Origin: a virus
Direction: 5' to 3' (one strand)
Virus record (IMG/VR): IMGVR_UViG_3300030328_001039
Span: 31,712-95,711 of that record
Length of the DNA: 64,000 nt
Below the pieces are notes generated by a model. It worked only from the letters and a program-made list of their open reading frames with translations, was not told the DNA's origin and did not search any database. Every line of letters starts with the position of its first letter. Position 1 is the stretch's first letter. This document shows positions 22,309 through 31,586 of the stretch, piece by piece. Position numbers and translations under genes: made by a program.

Positions 22309-22813
22309 TGGTCACAGCCGCTTCAGCGGGGGTGTCCGACTCAACTTCAGCAGCCGCTTCAGCGGGGGCTTCAGTCTCAGTCGTGGACTCGGATATGCCT
22401 TCATCGTCACGCTTCAAGCGTAGAGCGATTTCGGCTTTTGTGCCGTAGACAGGTAGCCCACGGTCTTTGCATAGTGCCTGAAGTTCCTTGAGGGTCATAG
22501 CGTCATAGGTCAGGTCTGTTGGAAAATCTTCGCTATCACCAATCTCTTCAGGTGTAGCCAATTCTGATGTTGCTTCATATACTTCTTCTGTTGGCTCTTC
22601 AGCAATATCTTGCTCATCCACTGTAGGTAAAAGTGCAGTAACTGCATCTTCAATAAGTTCTACTGAGCGCATTTTACCAGCAGAAATAATGTCATCCCTA
22701 GAATATGCATCGGCTGGGAGGTCAGGGAGATTAAGTTGCATAGCGTACCAAAAAGCGTACTCTTCGTGAGACAGTTCTCCGTATTTTTTTGCTCGTTGTG
22801 CTGGTGTTACCAT
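22247..22813 (-). CDS. Acidic protein with SAP (HeH) DNA-binding domain
   Basis: YDAMTLKELQALCKDRGLPVYGTKAEIALRL matches the SAP consensus. GAGGTGA RBS upstream. Confidence 0.8.
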   Translation of the reverse strand: MVTPAQRAKKYGELSHEEYAFWYAMQLNLPDLPADAYSRDDIISAGKMRSVELIEDAVTALLPTVDEQDIAEEPTEEVYEATSELATPEEIGDSEDFPTDLTYDAMTLKELQALCKDRGLPVYGTKAEIALRLKRDDEGISESTTETEAPAEAAAEVESDTPAEAAVTNGETDDENSSSKQESFDETA

Positions 22814-22824
22814 GTTAAATCACC

Positions 22825-24834
22825 TCAAGAATGTAGTATCGTGTCTCTTGAAACAACACGCAAAGCCTTTGGTAAAATCTTCAAAGGTGCTTTGATTACG
22901 CCCTTATCTTCAGGAATTGGTAGTGGCGCTTCTGTGATGTAGAAGTCATCCACTATAATGTCAATCTGCTCACGAGGAGTGGTAGACCCCGGTTTTGTAA
23001 AGGATAAGCGAATCATATTATCAGAACTTGATGGGTGGTCTACTGCCCTTCGCATCTTATGATAGAATACTGGGTCATCTACAATAATCTCACAGTCCAT
23101 GCTGTACTCAGTTTTACCCTCAATAGCAAGTGAAGCGTTACGAGAGCCACCGAATGGGATTTGGTCAGTAACACTGTCGGATGTAGCAGCACCGTTGATG
23201 GTGTAGAATTGCTGCACTCCAGTGTTACCAGTAATAGTGAATGAAACAACTTGACCTATGTTTACTCCAGCAATTACAACTGTTCCGTTGTAGAACATGT
23301 ATGGCTTTTGTGTACCCTTCTCAATACCAGCCTCTTTTCTCTTCGCAAGAGTAGATGCAGTCTCTTCAAACATACGATGAGTTTTGTATCGGTCACCTTT
23401 TGTACCAGTTGAGTAATTAGATACAGCAGTGGTTTCAAGACGACCAGTATCTGTGTAGCATAGTGCTGAATCAAAGTTTACGCTAAGTCGAAGAGCAGCA
23501 TCTGTATCAGCAGTCATAGAGAAATCTTTGACCTTGCACCCCTTAAACACACGAGTGAGTTGCTTAGGGTCTGTTGTTCCTCCGTCTGTAACATCAGCAT
23601 CAGCACCCTCTACATCTCTTCTACGAATGCTTACCTCCATAGCAAAGGATGGTACGCTATCACGAGAATAAAGCAAACGACTGATAGGGAATGTAAGAGC
23701 ACCTGTTGATGCACGATGAGGGCTACCAGTATTGGTTGCTCCTCCTCCTTCTTGATAGCGAATGATACGCACTTGACAACCATCAGCGTGACCGTAACAA
23801 AGACCATCATCTAGGAAAATAGTAGTACCATTAATAGCAGCGATTCTACGAATCTCATTCTTTTGAGTGGTGTCAAAGAAGTCATCTCCTTCAATATTCA
23901 CCGCACCAAAAGCAGCACCAGTCGCTGTTGTGCCTTCACGGTGAGTTATAATATCCTCTACTGTTGTGTCGATGATAAGAATGTAATCACCTGCTTGAGC
24001 ACCCGAAGTACCACCAAGAGGATTTGACGGGGCGGTAAACTCAAGCGCACCGTCTACTGTAATCAGAGACTGTCCTTTTTCGACAGCACCGTTTAGAGCA
24101 CGAGTAGCACTCATAAGTGAATTATACAGACCCGCAGCAGCACCGTTTGCCATGTAAGATATAGACTCCATACCTAAGCAATAATACAACCATCGTGGAT
24201 TGTGTAGATTGACTTCAAATGACCCACCTTCGTTTAGGAAACGACCCGGTACTTGCACCGCAGTATCACGGCCAAGTCCTACAATGTGGTAACGCTTGAG
24301 GTCTACTTTTGTTTCAGGTAGAGTAACAGTAGCAGCAAGACCGAGGAACTGGTCAGTAAGCACACGCTCACTACTAGAGGCCGCTGTAATATTCCATCCA
24401 GTCATATTTGCATCAAAGGTTGGTGTGCCAAAAGAGTTGATGATGAGTACATCGTTTGTGTTAGAATTACCAATTCCTGATTTCAAAGCAGGTGTAACGG
24501 TTAATTCCGTTCCATTTGAAGAGTGATTTTTGTGCTCTAATACAGTGTAAGTGCGACCAGTATCGTGAGAATCGTCTGCCGTGAAGTTTGCCTTACCAAT
24601 AATAGAGATTTTACAACCAACAAGCATACCAACTGGGTATCGTAAAAGCCCCCCAGTACAAGGTAAAGCAGAGCCACCGCCTGAAAATCCAATAACACTG
24701 GTGTTTGAATTAGCATCTGTGGACACATGTTTGAACAAAAACGATGAGCCAAATCCATTGTGTTTTAGTTCTAATGCTGTTTCGTGACCGAATGAGACTT
24801 CGGTTAAATCCCCTTTGTATACTGTAGATGGCAT
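22825..24834 (-). CDS. Major tail (tube) protein with inserted domains
   Basis: Position upstream of the chaperones. Tail-tube-like motifs (GGSFEVNL...WLYYCLG; RVFKGCKVKDFSMT...LSVNF; VVSFTITGN...EGKTEYSMDCEI). Confidence 0.7.
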   Translation of the reverse strand: MPSTVYKGDLTEVSFGHETALELKHNGFGSSFLFKHVSTDANSNTSVIGFSGGGSALPCTGGLLRYPVGMLVGCKISIIGKANFTADDSHDTGRTYTVLEHKNHSSNGTELTVTPALKSGIGNSNTNDVLIINSFGTPTFDANMTGWNITAASSSERVLTDQFLGLAATVTLPETKVDLKRYHIVGLGRDTAVQVPGRFLNEGGSFEVNLHNPRWLYYCLGMESISYMANGAAAGLYNSLMSATRALNGAVEKGQSLITVDGALEFTAPSNPLGGTSGAQAGDYILIIDTTVEDIITHREGTTATGAAFGAVNIEGDDFFDTTQKNEIRRIAAINGTTIFLDDGLCYGHADGCQVRIIRYQEGGGATNTGSPHRASTGALTFPISRLLYSRDSVPSFAMEVSIRRRDVEGADADVTDGGTTDPKQLTRVFKGCKVKDFSMTADTDAALRLSVNFDSALCYTDTGRLETTAVSNYSTGTKGDRYKTHRMFEETASTLAKRKEAGIEKGTQKPYMFYNGTVVIAGVNIGQVVSFTITGNTGVQQFYTINGAATSDSVTDQIPFGGSRNASLAIEGKTEYSMDCEIIVDDPVFYHKMRRAVDHPSSSDNMIRLSFTKPGSTTPREQIDIIVDDFYITEAPLPIPEDKGVIKAPLKILPKALRVVSRDTILHS

Positions 24835-24845
24835 GTCGGCTCAAC

Positions 24846-25292
24846 TCAAGGCACTAACTCCGCAAAGATAACTACTTCTATCTGAAAGGTCATACGAAAT
24901 AAAACCTTTGACCTATCAGATAAATCGGTACGGGTCTTGTAAACCATGCGGTCAAAGTTTATACCGTCACCTTTTCTTACGGAGTGAATCAATCTTCTAA
25001 TCTCATTCTCCATCAACTGAAGATGCTTTCTACCCTTTGATGTACGGGCATCAACTGTTATGTTGAGACGAGTGGTAACGAAGTCATACAGCAACTCAGG
25101 TGCTTCTTCGTTGTGTGCTGTTTCGTAGCACAGAATATAGTCGTGGCGAGATAAATCAAGCCTCTTTCCACGCTCAGGAACAAGGGTAGCAATATCGGCT
25201 ATGACTGGTTTGATGTTGCTAGTGTTAGCACGATTCCAGTCATTAAGAGTGCTAATAACCATATCAAGAGACTCAGTAAATGTAGCAACCAT
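24846..25292 (-). CDS. Putative tail terminator/neck protein
   Basis: 148-aa alpha/beta protein directly upstream of the tail tube gene, with a GTGA RBS. Confidence 0.55.
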   Translation of the reverse strand: MVATFTESLDMVISTLNDWNRANTSNIKPVIADIATLVPERGKRLDLSRHDYILCYETAHNEEAPELLYDFVTTRLNITVDARTSKGRKHLQLMENEIRRLIHSVRKGDGINFDRMVYKTRTDLSDRSKVLFRMTFQIEVVIFAELVP

Positions 25293-25296
25293 ATTA

Positions 25297-25632
25297 TCAC
25301 TCCGCCTTCATTTTCTTGTACGCCTTCTTATCAGGCAGCAACAAACCACCCTTAAACACCAACTTTCTCTCAATTAGCATTGGTGATTCACGGAGCATAC
25401 GCTTATCGGCCTCTTTTAATGCAGCATCAATCTCAGACTGAGATGCTGCTTGGTTACCTTTTTTGTAACCATCATCAGTTTTTCTAATGCTATACATGCC
25501 TAATTCCTGTGCTTCTACCTTTTTACGGTAATTCTCAGGTCTTTGAGTAATAACCATTCGTAGTTCCTCTTGGTATTTTGGGTCTGACATTTCAATAGTC
25601 AGCATTTCCAAAAACTCATCTTGAGGCTTCAT
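25297..25632 (-). CDS. Hypothetical protein (neck region)
   Basis: Tightly packed co-oriented ORF with no recognisable motif. Confidence 0.6.
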   Translation of the reverse strand: MKPQDEFLEMLTIEMSDPKYQEELRMVITQRPENYRKKVEAQELGMYSIRKTDDGYKKGNQAASQSEIDAALKEADKRMLRESPMLIERKLVFKGGLLLPDKKAYKKMKAE

Positions 25633-25638
25633 ACGGCA

Positions 25639-27201
25639 TCACTCAAACACAACAATTTCAATATATCGGGCTAAGATAGCATCAACTTCAGCCCGTAGCA
25701 ACTGAATCTTTGAAGTCAAATCTACATTCTGAGTTCCTTCAGGAATCAATACACTTCTGTCGTCTGACATTAAAACATCAATCGCCACCATCTTTGTAGC
25801 AGCCTCTTCAATGGCTTTCTCTAAGTATCGCTCACCATAAATGTATGAGCACTTGATAGCATTCCATTCAAAGAAAGGATAGGAGTTGTTGAAGTAGATA
25901 ATACCCATCTCATAGTCAGCCCACCAATCTCTTAGACGGGCGTTATCACCACTTGCTGAGCCACCTTGTAGGTCGATGGTAAAAGTGTGCTGAATGATTT
26001 CCCCACTAAGGTCACCGAGAGGACTACCTACAACAATAACGCATCCTGTAAATGATGTAGCGGTTTTACCAGTATATCTGAACACAGTGTCACCTTTTAC
26101 ACAGACACCAGCATGTGAAAAAGAATTGGTATCATCTACATTGACAGTAGTAGATACGATACTGGTAATAGTTGCTGTATGCTTAGTGGTTTGTTTGAGT
26201 TGAATATTGCTGTCAGTGGTAACAATAGAACAAGTTTCACCACCTTTACCAGCACGCATACTGGTGACCTTTATTTTACCAGTACCGTAATCAGCATTTG
26301 CTGTAGCGAGGAACTCATTATCGACATTGATGTTGCTTGAAGAACCTTCTAATTTGTATGCTGGTGAAAACTCCACTGCTGCTTTATTTACTCTGTCCTC
26401 TTTATTGATAAGGTCAGCAAGATTTTGTGCAGTTGTAGCAGGGTCAAAGTCAGCACGCCATTGATTAGTACCAGTGCCGATAGTCAATGTAGCAGCCGAG
26501 CCGTTACCTGTAGACATGATGATAGAGCCTGAAAGTGCTCTTACATCGTCAGGTATGTGAATACGAGCCTCAGCACTACAGATTTCTCGATAGTCGTCTC
26601 CCTGCCATAATTCAAGACGAAGAATCTGTTGCACATTTCTAAACAGTAGAGGAGCAGTACCGACATAATCTGTATAGTATCTTCTCCTGTATGGCTTGTA
26701 TGTATCGAAGTTAATGTACTCGGCACTCACAAGATATGGTCGCCAAGCGTTGTGTGTAAGATTGTCAATTTTATCCTGAGCCTCTTTGATACGAGCCTCT
26801 ACAACTGACCTTTTCATACCACGAGTTTTACCATTGGTAAACGATGCTGTGTTTTGAACATAGGTATTGTCAGCAGCCTGATAATCAGAAGCGGTGATTG
26901 TAGTATCAAAATTAAGTTCAACCCCATTTGCACTTGTGCTTATGGTTGTAATTACTCTCTCAATACCTAGTGGGTCAGCATCGGAGTAAATGAGTATAGT
27001 GTCATCTTTTTGAAATCCCACAGTCCTGTAATCAGCACCAGTGACGAAAACGGTATTAGTAGTGCTATCTGCGCTAACAAGTACCGCATCTTGAGGGCCA
27101 ATTGAGAGGAAATCAGCAACTTTCTGTGCAGTAGTATAGACAATTGCCGTAGGGTCAAGTGGTCGTGTTTCAGCCTCACCGGGATTAAAAATTATTGGCA
27201 T
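25639..27201 (-). CDS. Head-tail adaptor/connector protein with large insertions
   Basis: N-terminal YTTAQKVADFL, central EAQDKIDNLT and C-terminal 'CSYIYG...AIEEAATKMVA' resemble SPP1 gp15/HK97 gp6-type adaptors. Lies after the capsid genes. Confidence 0.65.
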   Translation of the reverse strand: MPIIFNPGEAETRPLDPTAIVYTTAQKVADFLSIGPQDAVLVSADSTTNTVFVTGADYRTVGFQKDDTILIYSDADPLGIERVITTISTSANGVELNFDTTITASDYQAADNTYVQNTASFTNGKTRGMKRSVVEARIKEAQDKIDNLTHNAWRPYLVSAEYINFDTYKPYRRRYYTDYVGTAPLLFRNVQQILRLELWQGDDYREICSAEARIHIPDDVRALSGSIIMSTGNGSAATLTIGTGTNQWRADFDPATTAQNLADLINKEDRVNKAAVEFSPAYKLEGSSSNINVDNEFLATANADYGTGKIKVTSMRAGKGGETCSIVTTDSNIQLKQTTKHTATITSIVSTTVNVDDTNSFSHAGVCVKGDTVFRYTGKTATSFTGCVIVVGSPLGDLSGEIIQHTFTIDLQGGSASGDNARLRDWWADYEMGIIYFNNSYPFFEWNAIKCSYIYGERYLEKAIEEAATKMVAIDVLMSDDRSVLIPEGTQNVDLTSKIQLLRAEVDAILARYIEIVVFE

Positions 27202-27305
27202 TTCTTATCCCCCGTTACAAAACACTTCTTGGTTTTAGCCTCGGTTTTATCAACCTGCTTTGATTTAGCATCAAACCATTCATCAAGGAGTTTACAACGG
27301 GTCAT
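27192..27305 (-). CDS. Small hypothetical protein (37 aa; not in ORF track)
   Basis: ATGA overlap with the upstream stop. Translates as MTRCKLLDEWFDAKSKQVDKTEAKTKKCFVTGDKKCQ and fills the gap exactly. Confidence 0.5.
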   Translation of the reverse strand: MTRCKLLDEWFDAKSKQVDKTEAKTKKCFVTGDKKCQ

Positions 27306-27601
27306 GCTCTTGCCTCCTCATCAACAGAAGCAAGGTTGTATTCCATAGGTTTACTGCAACTACCGCAGTTTTCTCGCCATAGGAAATGAAGCATACCACA
27401 GTGTTGGCAGCGAGTGCCTGAGCCAATGTTTAGAACATCACTGGCCTCAAGATTACGCTTACGCTGTGTTTGAGTTACACCCTTTAGCGGGTTTTCCTCA
27501 TCAATGACTTTACCAAGTAGAGTTTGTGCGTCAGAACGAATGCCTTGCTTTTGAAAACGCTCAATATCCGTTAGGTCAATTGATTGCTCTTTCAGTGACA
27601 T
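27302..27601 (-). CDS. Zn-ribbon protein
   Basis: CQHC-x10-CGSC. GAGGAG RBS. Confidence 0.7.
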   Translation of the reverse strand: MSLKEQSIDLTDIERFQKQGIRSDAQTLLGKVIDEENPLKGVTQTQRKRNLEASDVLNIGSGTRCQHCGMLHFLWRENCGSCSKPMEYNLASVDEEARA

Positions 27602-27616
27602 ACATACTCCTCACGC

Positions 27617-27790
27617 TCAACTGGTGGTGACAAATATGTAAATGTTGCCAAGAATATGATGCGGGTCGCAAGATACACATGTGTTAGAAGCAATAGCGGT
27701 GCTGATTGCAGTCGCTATAGCAGTCCTTGCTGTATCGTCATTGAAATCCTTTGGCGGATAAGGGCCAAGGATTGTCACGGTCTTTGCCAA
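27617..27790 (-). CDS. Small hypothetical virion protein (57 aa, TTG start; not in ORF track)
   Basis: GAGGTG RBS 7-8 nt before the TTG. Translates as MAKTVTILGPYPPKDFNDDTARTAIATAISTAIASNTCVSCDPHHILGNIYIFVTTS and fills the gap. Confidence 0.6.
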   Translation of the reverse strand: MAKTVTILGPYPPKDFNDDTARTAIATAISTAIASNTCVSCDPHHILGNIYIFVTTS

Positions 27791-27801
27791 TTACAGCCAC
27801 C

Positions 27802-28119
27802 TCAAGAGCGTCTGCCAATTACAAAGAAAGTACCAGCATTAGTGGTTTGACCTGTTAGCGGCGGCTCAATAGTAATTGTAGTACCATCAAAGGTTGCTAT
27901 GTCCTCTGATGCACCTACAACTGCTGCGTATGAAGAGCCACCTGTAATATCTACATCTTGGTGCTTCAATACTTGTGCTGCGCTAAAGTTTACAATTATT
28001 GCATCAATTTCAGCCAGCATATCACCTAATGTAATAGATGTTTCACCTGCATCAAATGAGCCTGTTATAATCATTCTGTCTCCCATGTAAGTCGGTCTTG
28101 GGTCAATTGTTACTGCCAT
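27802..28119 (-). CDS. Putative capsid decoration/minor structural protein
   Basis: Small beta-rich protein starting MAVT in the post-MCP cluster. GGAGATGA RBS. Confidence 0.5.
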   Translation of the reverse strand: MAVTIDPRPTYMGDRMIITGSFDAGETSITLGDMLAEIDAIIVNFSAAQVLKHQDVDITGGSSYAAVVGASEDIATFDGTTITIEPPLTGQTTNAGTFFVIGRRS

Positions 28120-28121
28120 AT

Positions 28122-28496
28122 TTATTCATCTCCAGTTGTTTCTTCTTCTGCACTCTCTTCTATAAGTGCTTCTGTCTCCTCAGCACCGTCAGGACTCATA
28201 ACAGTCTCGACAAGTTGTAGGAGAGTAGTTTTAGTTGCATAGCCTTTTGGCTTAATATCATACTTTGCGAGCCATGCTGCTATATCAGCACGACTCCATC
28301 CAGCATCAGGAATATCATCACTACCTGACTCTACAGATTCATAGCCTTCTACGATAAAATCGTCACTAAGTCTATGCCCCCACTTATCAAGCCACGCTGT
28401 TGTGACTTCAATGGGTCTACCCCTTACAAAGTCGGGATAAGAAGCGTCTATATTTCTTGTAGTCCAAGAACGCCCCATGTAGGTTACTGTAGGCAT
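28122..28496 (-). CDS. HeH/LEM-like domain protein (start corrected to MPTVTY)
   Basis: GAGGTGA RBS before the ATG at 28496. WSRADIAAWLAKYDIKPKGYATKTTLLQLV fits the HeH/LEM pattern common after MCP genes. Confidence 0.65.
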   Translation of the reverse strand: MPTVTYMGRSWTTRNIDASYPDFVRGRPIEVTTAWLDKWGHRLSDDFIVEGYESVESGSDDIPDAGWSRADIAAWLAKYDIKPKGYATKTTLLQLVETVMSPDGAEETEALIEESAEEETTGDE

Positions 28497-28506
28497 GAGG
28501 TTCACC

Positions 28507-28908
28507 TCAAGCCACGATAGCCATGAATCCAACTGTAGTATCAATGGTTGCTTCTGCGGTAAATGTGATTGTACCACCGCTTGCTACTGCTGTCAAAGAC
28601 TTACCAGCCGCACCGCTACCACCAATGATAACGGATTGAACAATACTTGCATCTCCTCCAACTGTGAATACATTTGCATTTTGAACCAAAGTGCATTCTC
28701 CAACAATGAGTTTCAATCCAGCAACTGCATTTGTAGTGTTAGTGTTCTTTGCTTGGAATCCAGCAAGAGCACCCGGATAAGAGTCAGCCGCTGCTCCACC
28801 ATCGAGCCATGCTGTACTGTCATTCGGGCTACCTGCGTAAAGGTCTAGTTCAGTCTTGACGGTCATTACTCCACCACTGCCTGTTGTTCTTTCAAAAGTT
28901 ACTGCCAT
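28507..28908 (-). CDS. Putative capsid decoration/cement protein
   Basis: Directly downstream of MCP, G/A/T-rich, and shares its translation-initiation region with MCP. Confidence 0.55.
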   Translation of the reverse strand: MAVTFERTTGSGGVMTVKTELDLYAGSPNDSTAWLDGGAAADSYPGALAGFQAKNTNTTNAVAGLKLIVGECTLVQNANVFTVGGDASIVQSVIIGGSGAAGKSLTAVASGGTITFTAEATIDTTVGFMAIVA

Positions 28909-28942
28909 ATTTTTTCATCTCCTATATTTTTTTTTATTATCC

Positions 28943-30118
28943 TCACTTCAAGTCACGGATGCTTGCCTGTGCTCCGAAGAAAGTAGTCCAAACTTCACCC
29001 ATTGTGCGGTAAAGTCCTTCCTGTCCTAGTCTGTTGATAGCGAATGGGTCGCCAGTTTCGATACCGGACTCAAAGTATTGAGTAGGGATTGCTGTGCTAA
29101 AGTACATGTAGTCAGTGTCTAAGAGGTACATTCTGCTTAGGCCATCTGTCTTTACAACATCCTTGGATGGAATGATAGGTACACCATTGTAGGTTGCTAC
29201 AATGAAACCTGCTTCGATACCGGGTACACCCTTAACACCGTTGTAGGTTGGAGTAACTCTCTTCTCTTCCATGAACCTTTGCTGAGCCTGTAGCAATTGC
29301 TGTAGTCTCATTAGAGTGTCATATCCAGTTAGGATAACCTTTGGATTACCACCACGCTCCCAAACTTGCTGGAAGATTGTGTCAAGGTGGTCTAATGATA
29401 GAACACGCTTGTTACTTGCTGTAGTATCTGCTGCACAGTTTACTTCTGCACTAGCCCAAGCATTGTCTCTGCGGTCAATGCTGTAAATGTCAAGGTCACC
29501 GTCATCAGCGTGGTTGTTGCTGGATGTGGTTTTCAAGGTAGTTGCTGAACCTGCTCCGTTGCTTGCTTCAGCAGCGGTGATTCTGTCAAGTGATTCAAAG
29601 TTGTTACCTGCTGCTGTAGAACAGTCAGTCAAGAGCATCTTGTTTACCATTTCAGCGTGGTGCTTACCCATTTCTTCTTTGAGAACTGAGCGCATGTCGC
29701 CAAGGCCGTCATCCTTGTCAGCAAGGAATACTGCAACTTCGCTTACATCGAAAGAGTGAGCGATTGTCTTTGGCTTTGCTGCTACATGTTGGAAAGTAGG
29801 CTTAACAGTTTCAGGTAGTGTACCGTTTTCTGCGATTCCACCGTGTACTGCTCCGCTGTTAGGCTTCTCAGTGATGACTCTCCATCCACTGCGCTCCCAC
29901 GGCTTCTTTGGTAGAATTGAAAATGCGTTGAACTCTTGGTTCAACTGTGACCAAACTTTGCGACCATAGATTGCTTGGTATGTTCCAGCGGTGGTGCTTA
30001 GCATTGGTGCGTCTGCTTTGAGAAGTTCACTACCAGTGTAAGTGTAACCCATTGAGTTACCTGCTCCGTAGTAGTATCTTTCCATGTCTGTTACTGTGCG
30101 TACATAATTTCGTGCCAT
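28943..30118 (-). CDS. Major capsid protein (HK97 fold)
   Basis: Follows protease-scaffold. About 391 aa with GGIAENG.LPET, a backbone helix (EMGKHHAEMVNKMLL) and 'TYNGVPIIPS' P-domain features. Start set at MARNY by the AGGAGATGA RBS (track start 30127). Confidence 0.9.
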   Translation of the reverse strand: MARNYVRTVTDMERYYYGAGNSMGYTYTGSELLKADAPMLSTTAGTYQAIYGRKVWSQLNQEFNAFSILPKKPWERSGWRVITEKPNSGAVHGGIAENGTLPETVKPTFQHVAAKPKTIAHSFDVSEVAVFLADKDDGLGDMRSVLKEEMGKHHAEMVNKMLLTDCSTAAGNNFESLDRITAAEASNGAGSATTLKTTSSNNHADDGDLDIYSIDRRDNAWASAEVNCAADTTASNKRVLSLDHLDTIFQQVWERGGNPKVILTGYDTLMRLQQLLQAQQRFMEEKRVTPTYNGVKGVPGIEAGFIVATYNGVPIIPSKDVVKTDGLSRMYLLDTDYMYFSTAIPTQYFESGIETGDPFAINRLGQEGLYRTMGEVWTTFFGAQASIRDLK

Positions 30119-30153
30119 ATTTTTCATCTCCTATTTTTTTTATTTTGTGAGCC

Positions 30154-31542
30154 TTATTCGCCTCGGTATAGCCCTCCAGCCAATTGGTGAACTTCTTCCC
30201 AAGTCATGTTAGCCAAGTCTTGTGTGCTTGGTACATCAATAGTTGGTGAAGCAGACTTAGCGATTAATTCGCCTCCGCCATTAGATAGAGTGTCGATTCT
30301 CTCGTTGAGTGCTCCTAGAGCCTTCATTACCTCGTCAAGAGGAGCACGAGCGTCAAAGTTTGCAGCCTGAGCCTTTGCGATTTCTGCTTGAGATTCTTGT
30401 GCGAAGCGACCTTCAAAGTTTGCTTCAAGAGACTTGCGGAACTCTTCTTCTTGCTTTGCTGCTTTGAATACGCCATATGCTTCTTCAATGCGGTGAGAAT
30501 CAATGTTGTGACCTGTGACAAAGGCAGACTTTTCAAGACTGCCACCGCCACTTAGTCCAGCACGCTTGATAGCGTTAGTAGATGGGTTGCCTCCTTCTTG
30601 AGCACGACCCTTAACTTGTCCAGCAAAGTAATCAGCGCCATCGCCAATTGCTTCAGGAGTAGAACCGAGGTTTGCTTTTGCGACTCCATCAAAGTGAGAG
30701 CGAGCAGCACCAGTATCTACACCAGCGGATTTCAAAGTGTTCTCCATCCAATCTAGGTATTCAGAAGTGATAACATCTGAAAACTCAGATTTCATCTTGT
30801 CATCTTTCTTGTCGTCTTTCTCTTCATCTTTCTTCTCGTCTTTATCCATGTACTTCGCCTTCATTTTCTCGTCTTTCTCATCGTCAGAAGATTCTTCTTT
30901 CTTCTTCTTTTGAGCGTCTTTTAATGCTTGAGGTAGTTCTCCTTTCTCCATAGAGTCAAGTCTGCCTTCTAGTCGTGTTAGTACATCGTTCATTTGTTCC
31001 ATTACTTCATCAGTCATTTTGTTCACCTTGTTTTTATCTTCTTTTAGTATGTTGAATGTGGCTTCGGGGTTAATTCCTTTTTCGCATATTGTGATTTCGT
31101 GTAATTCTAGTTTTGATATTTCTTGATATGAGCCGTGGGATTTATCGCTTTTGTTTACTCGCTTGAATGCCTGTCCTCCGATGCTGAATCCCGTTAGGTT
31201 TCCTTTTCGGATTTCGCTTGCTACTTCTCGTGCCTTCTCAATGTCGTTTCTTAATTGTACTACAACAAACATTCCAGCATCGTCTACTTCGCTTTTCCAC
31301 AACCTCCCTTGATTATCTGTATAATTTGAAATTACTTCTCCTACTTGTATGTTTGAATGTGCTAGTTGGACATTTCTGTATTTTGGGTCGGACATAAACT
31401 TCTTGAAAGCGTCTTTCAATGCTGACCTTGTGATTAAATCCCCTTGTTTGTCTACGAGTTCAACTGAAGCATACCCTGCCACAATGAGGTCATTGACCCC
31501 CTTGAGGAGTTCGATACCATTCCTCCGCTGACTTCGCAACAC
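30154..31542 (-). CDS. Prohead (maturation) protease fused to scaffold
   Basis: HK97-type protease motifs IVAGYAS..VDKQGD, LAH (His), GFSIGG (Ser) and LHEITI, followed by a charged coiled-coil scaffold region. Confidence 0.9.
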   Translation of the reverse strand: MLRSQRRNGIELLKGVNDLIVAGYASVELVDKQGDLITRSALKDAFKKFMSDPKYRNVQLAHSNIQVGEVISNYTDNQGRLWKSEVDDAGMFVVVQLRNDIEKAREVASEIRKGNLTGFSIGGQAFKRVNKSDKSHGSYQEISKLELHEITICEKGINPEATFNILKEDKNKVNKMTDEVMEQMNDVLTRLEGRLDSMEKGELPQALKDAQKKKKEESSDDEKDEKMKAKYMDKDEKKDEEKDDKKDDKMKSEFSDVITSEYLDWMENTLKSAGVDTGAARSHFDGVAKANLGSTPEAIGDGADYFAGQVKGRAQEGGNPSTNAIKRAGLSGGGSLEKSAFVTGHNIDSHRIEEAYGVFKAAKQEEEFRKSLEANFEGRFAQESQAEIAKAQAANFDARAPLDEVMKALGALNERIDTLSNGGGELIAKSASPTIDVPSTQDLANMTWEEVHQLAGGLYRGE

Positions 31543-31586
31543 ACTAATTCACTCTCTGTTTGTTTACCTATATGAATAAAGCGGCA

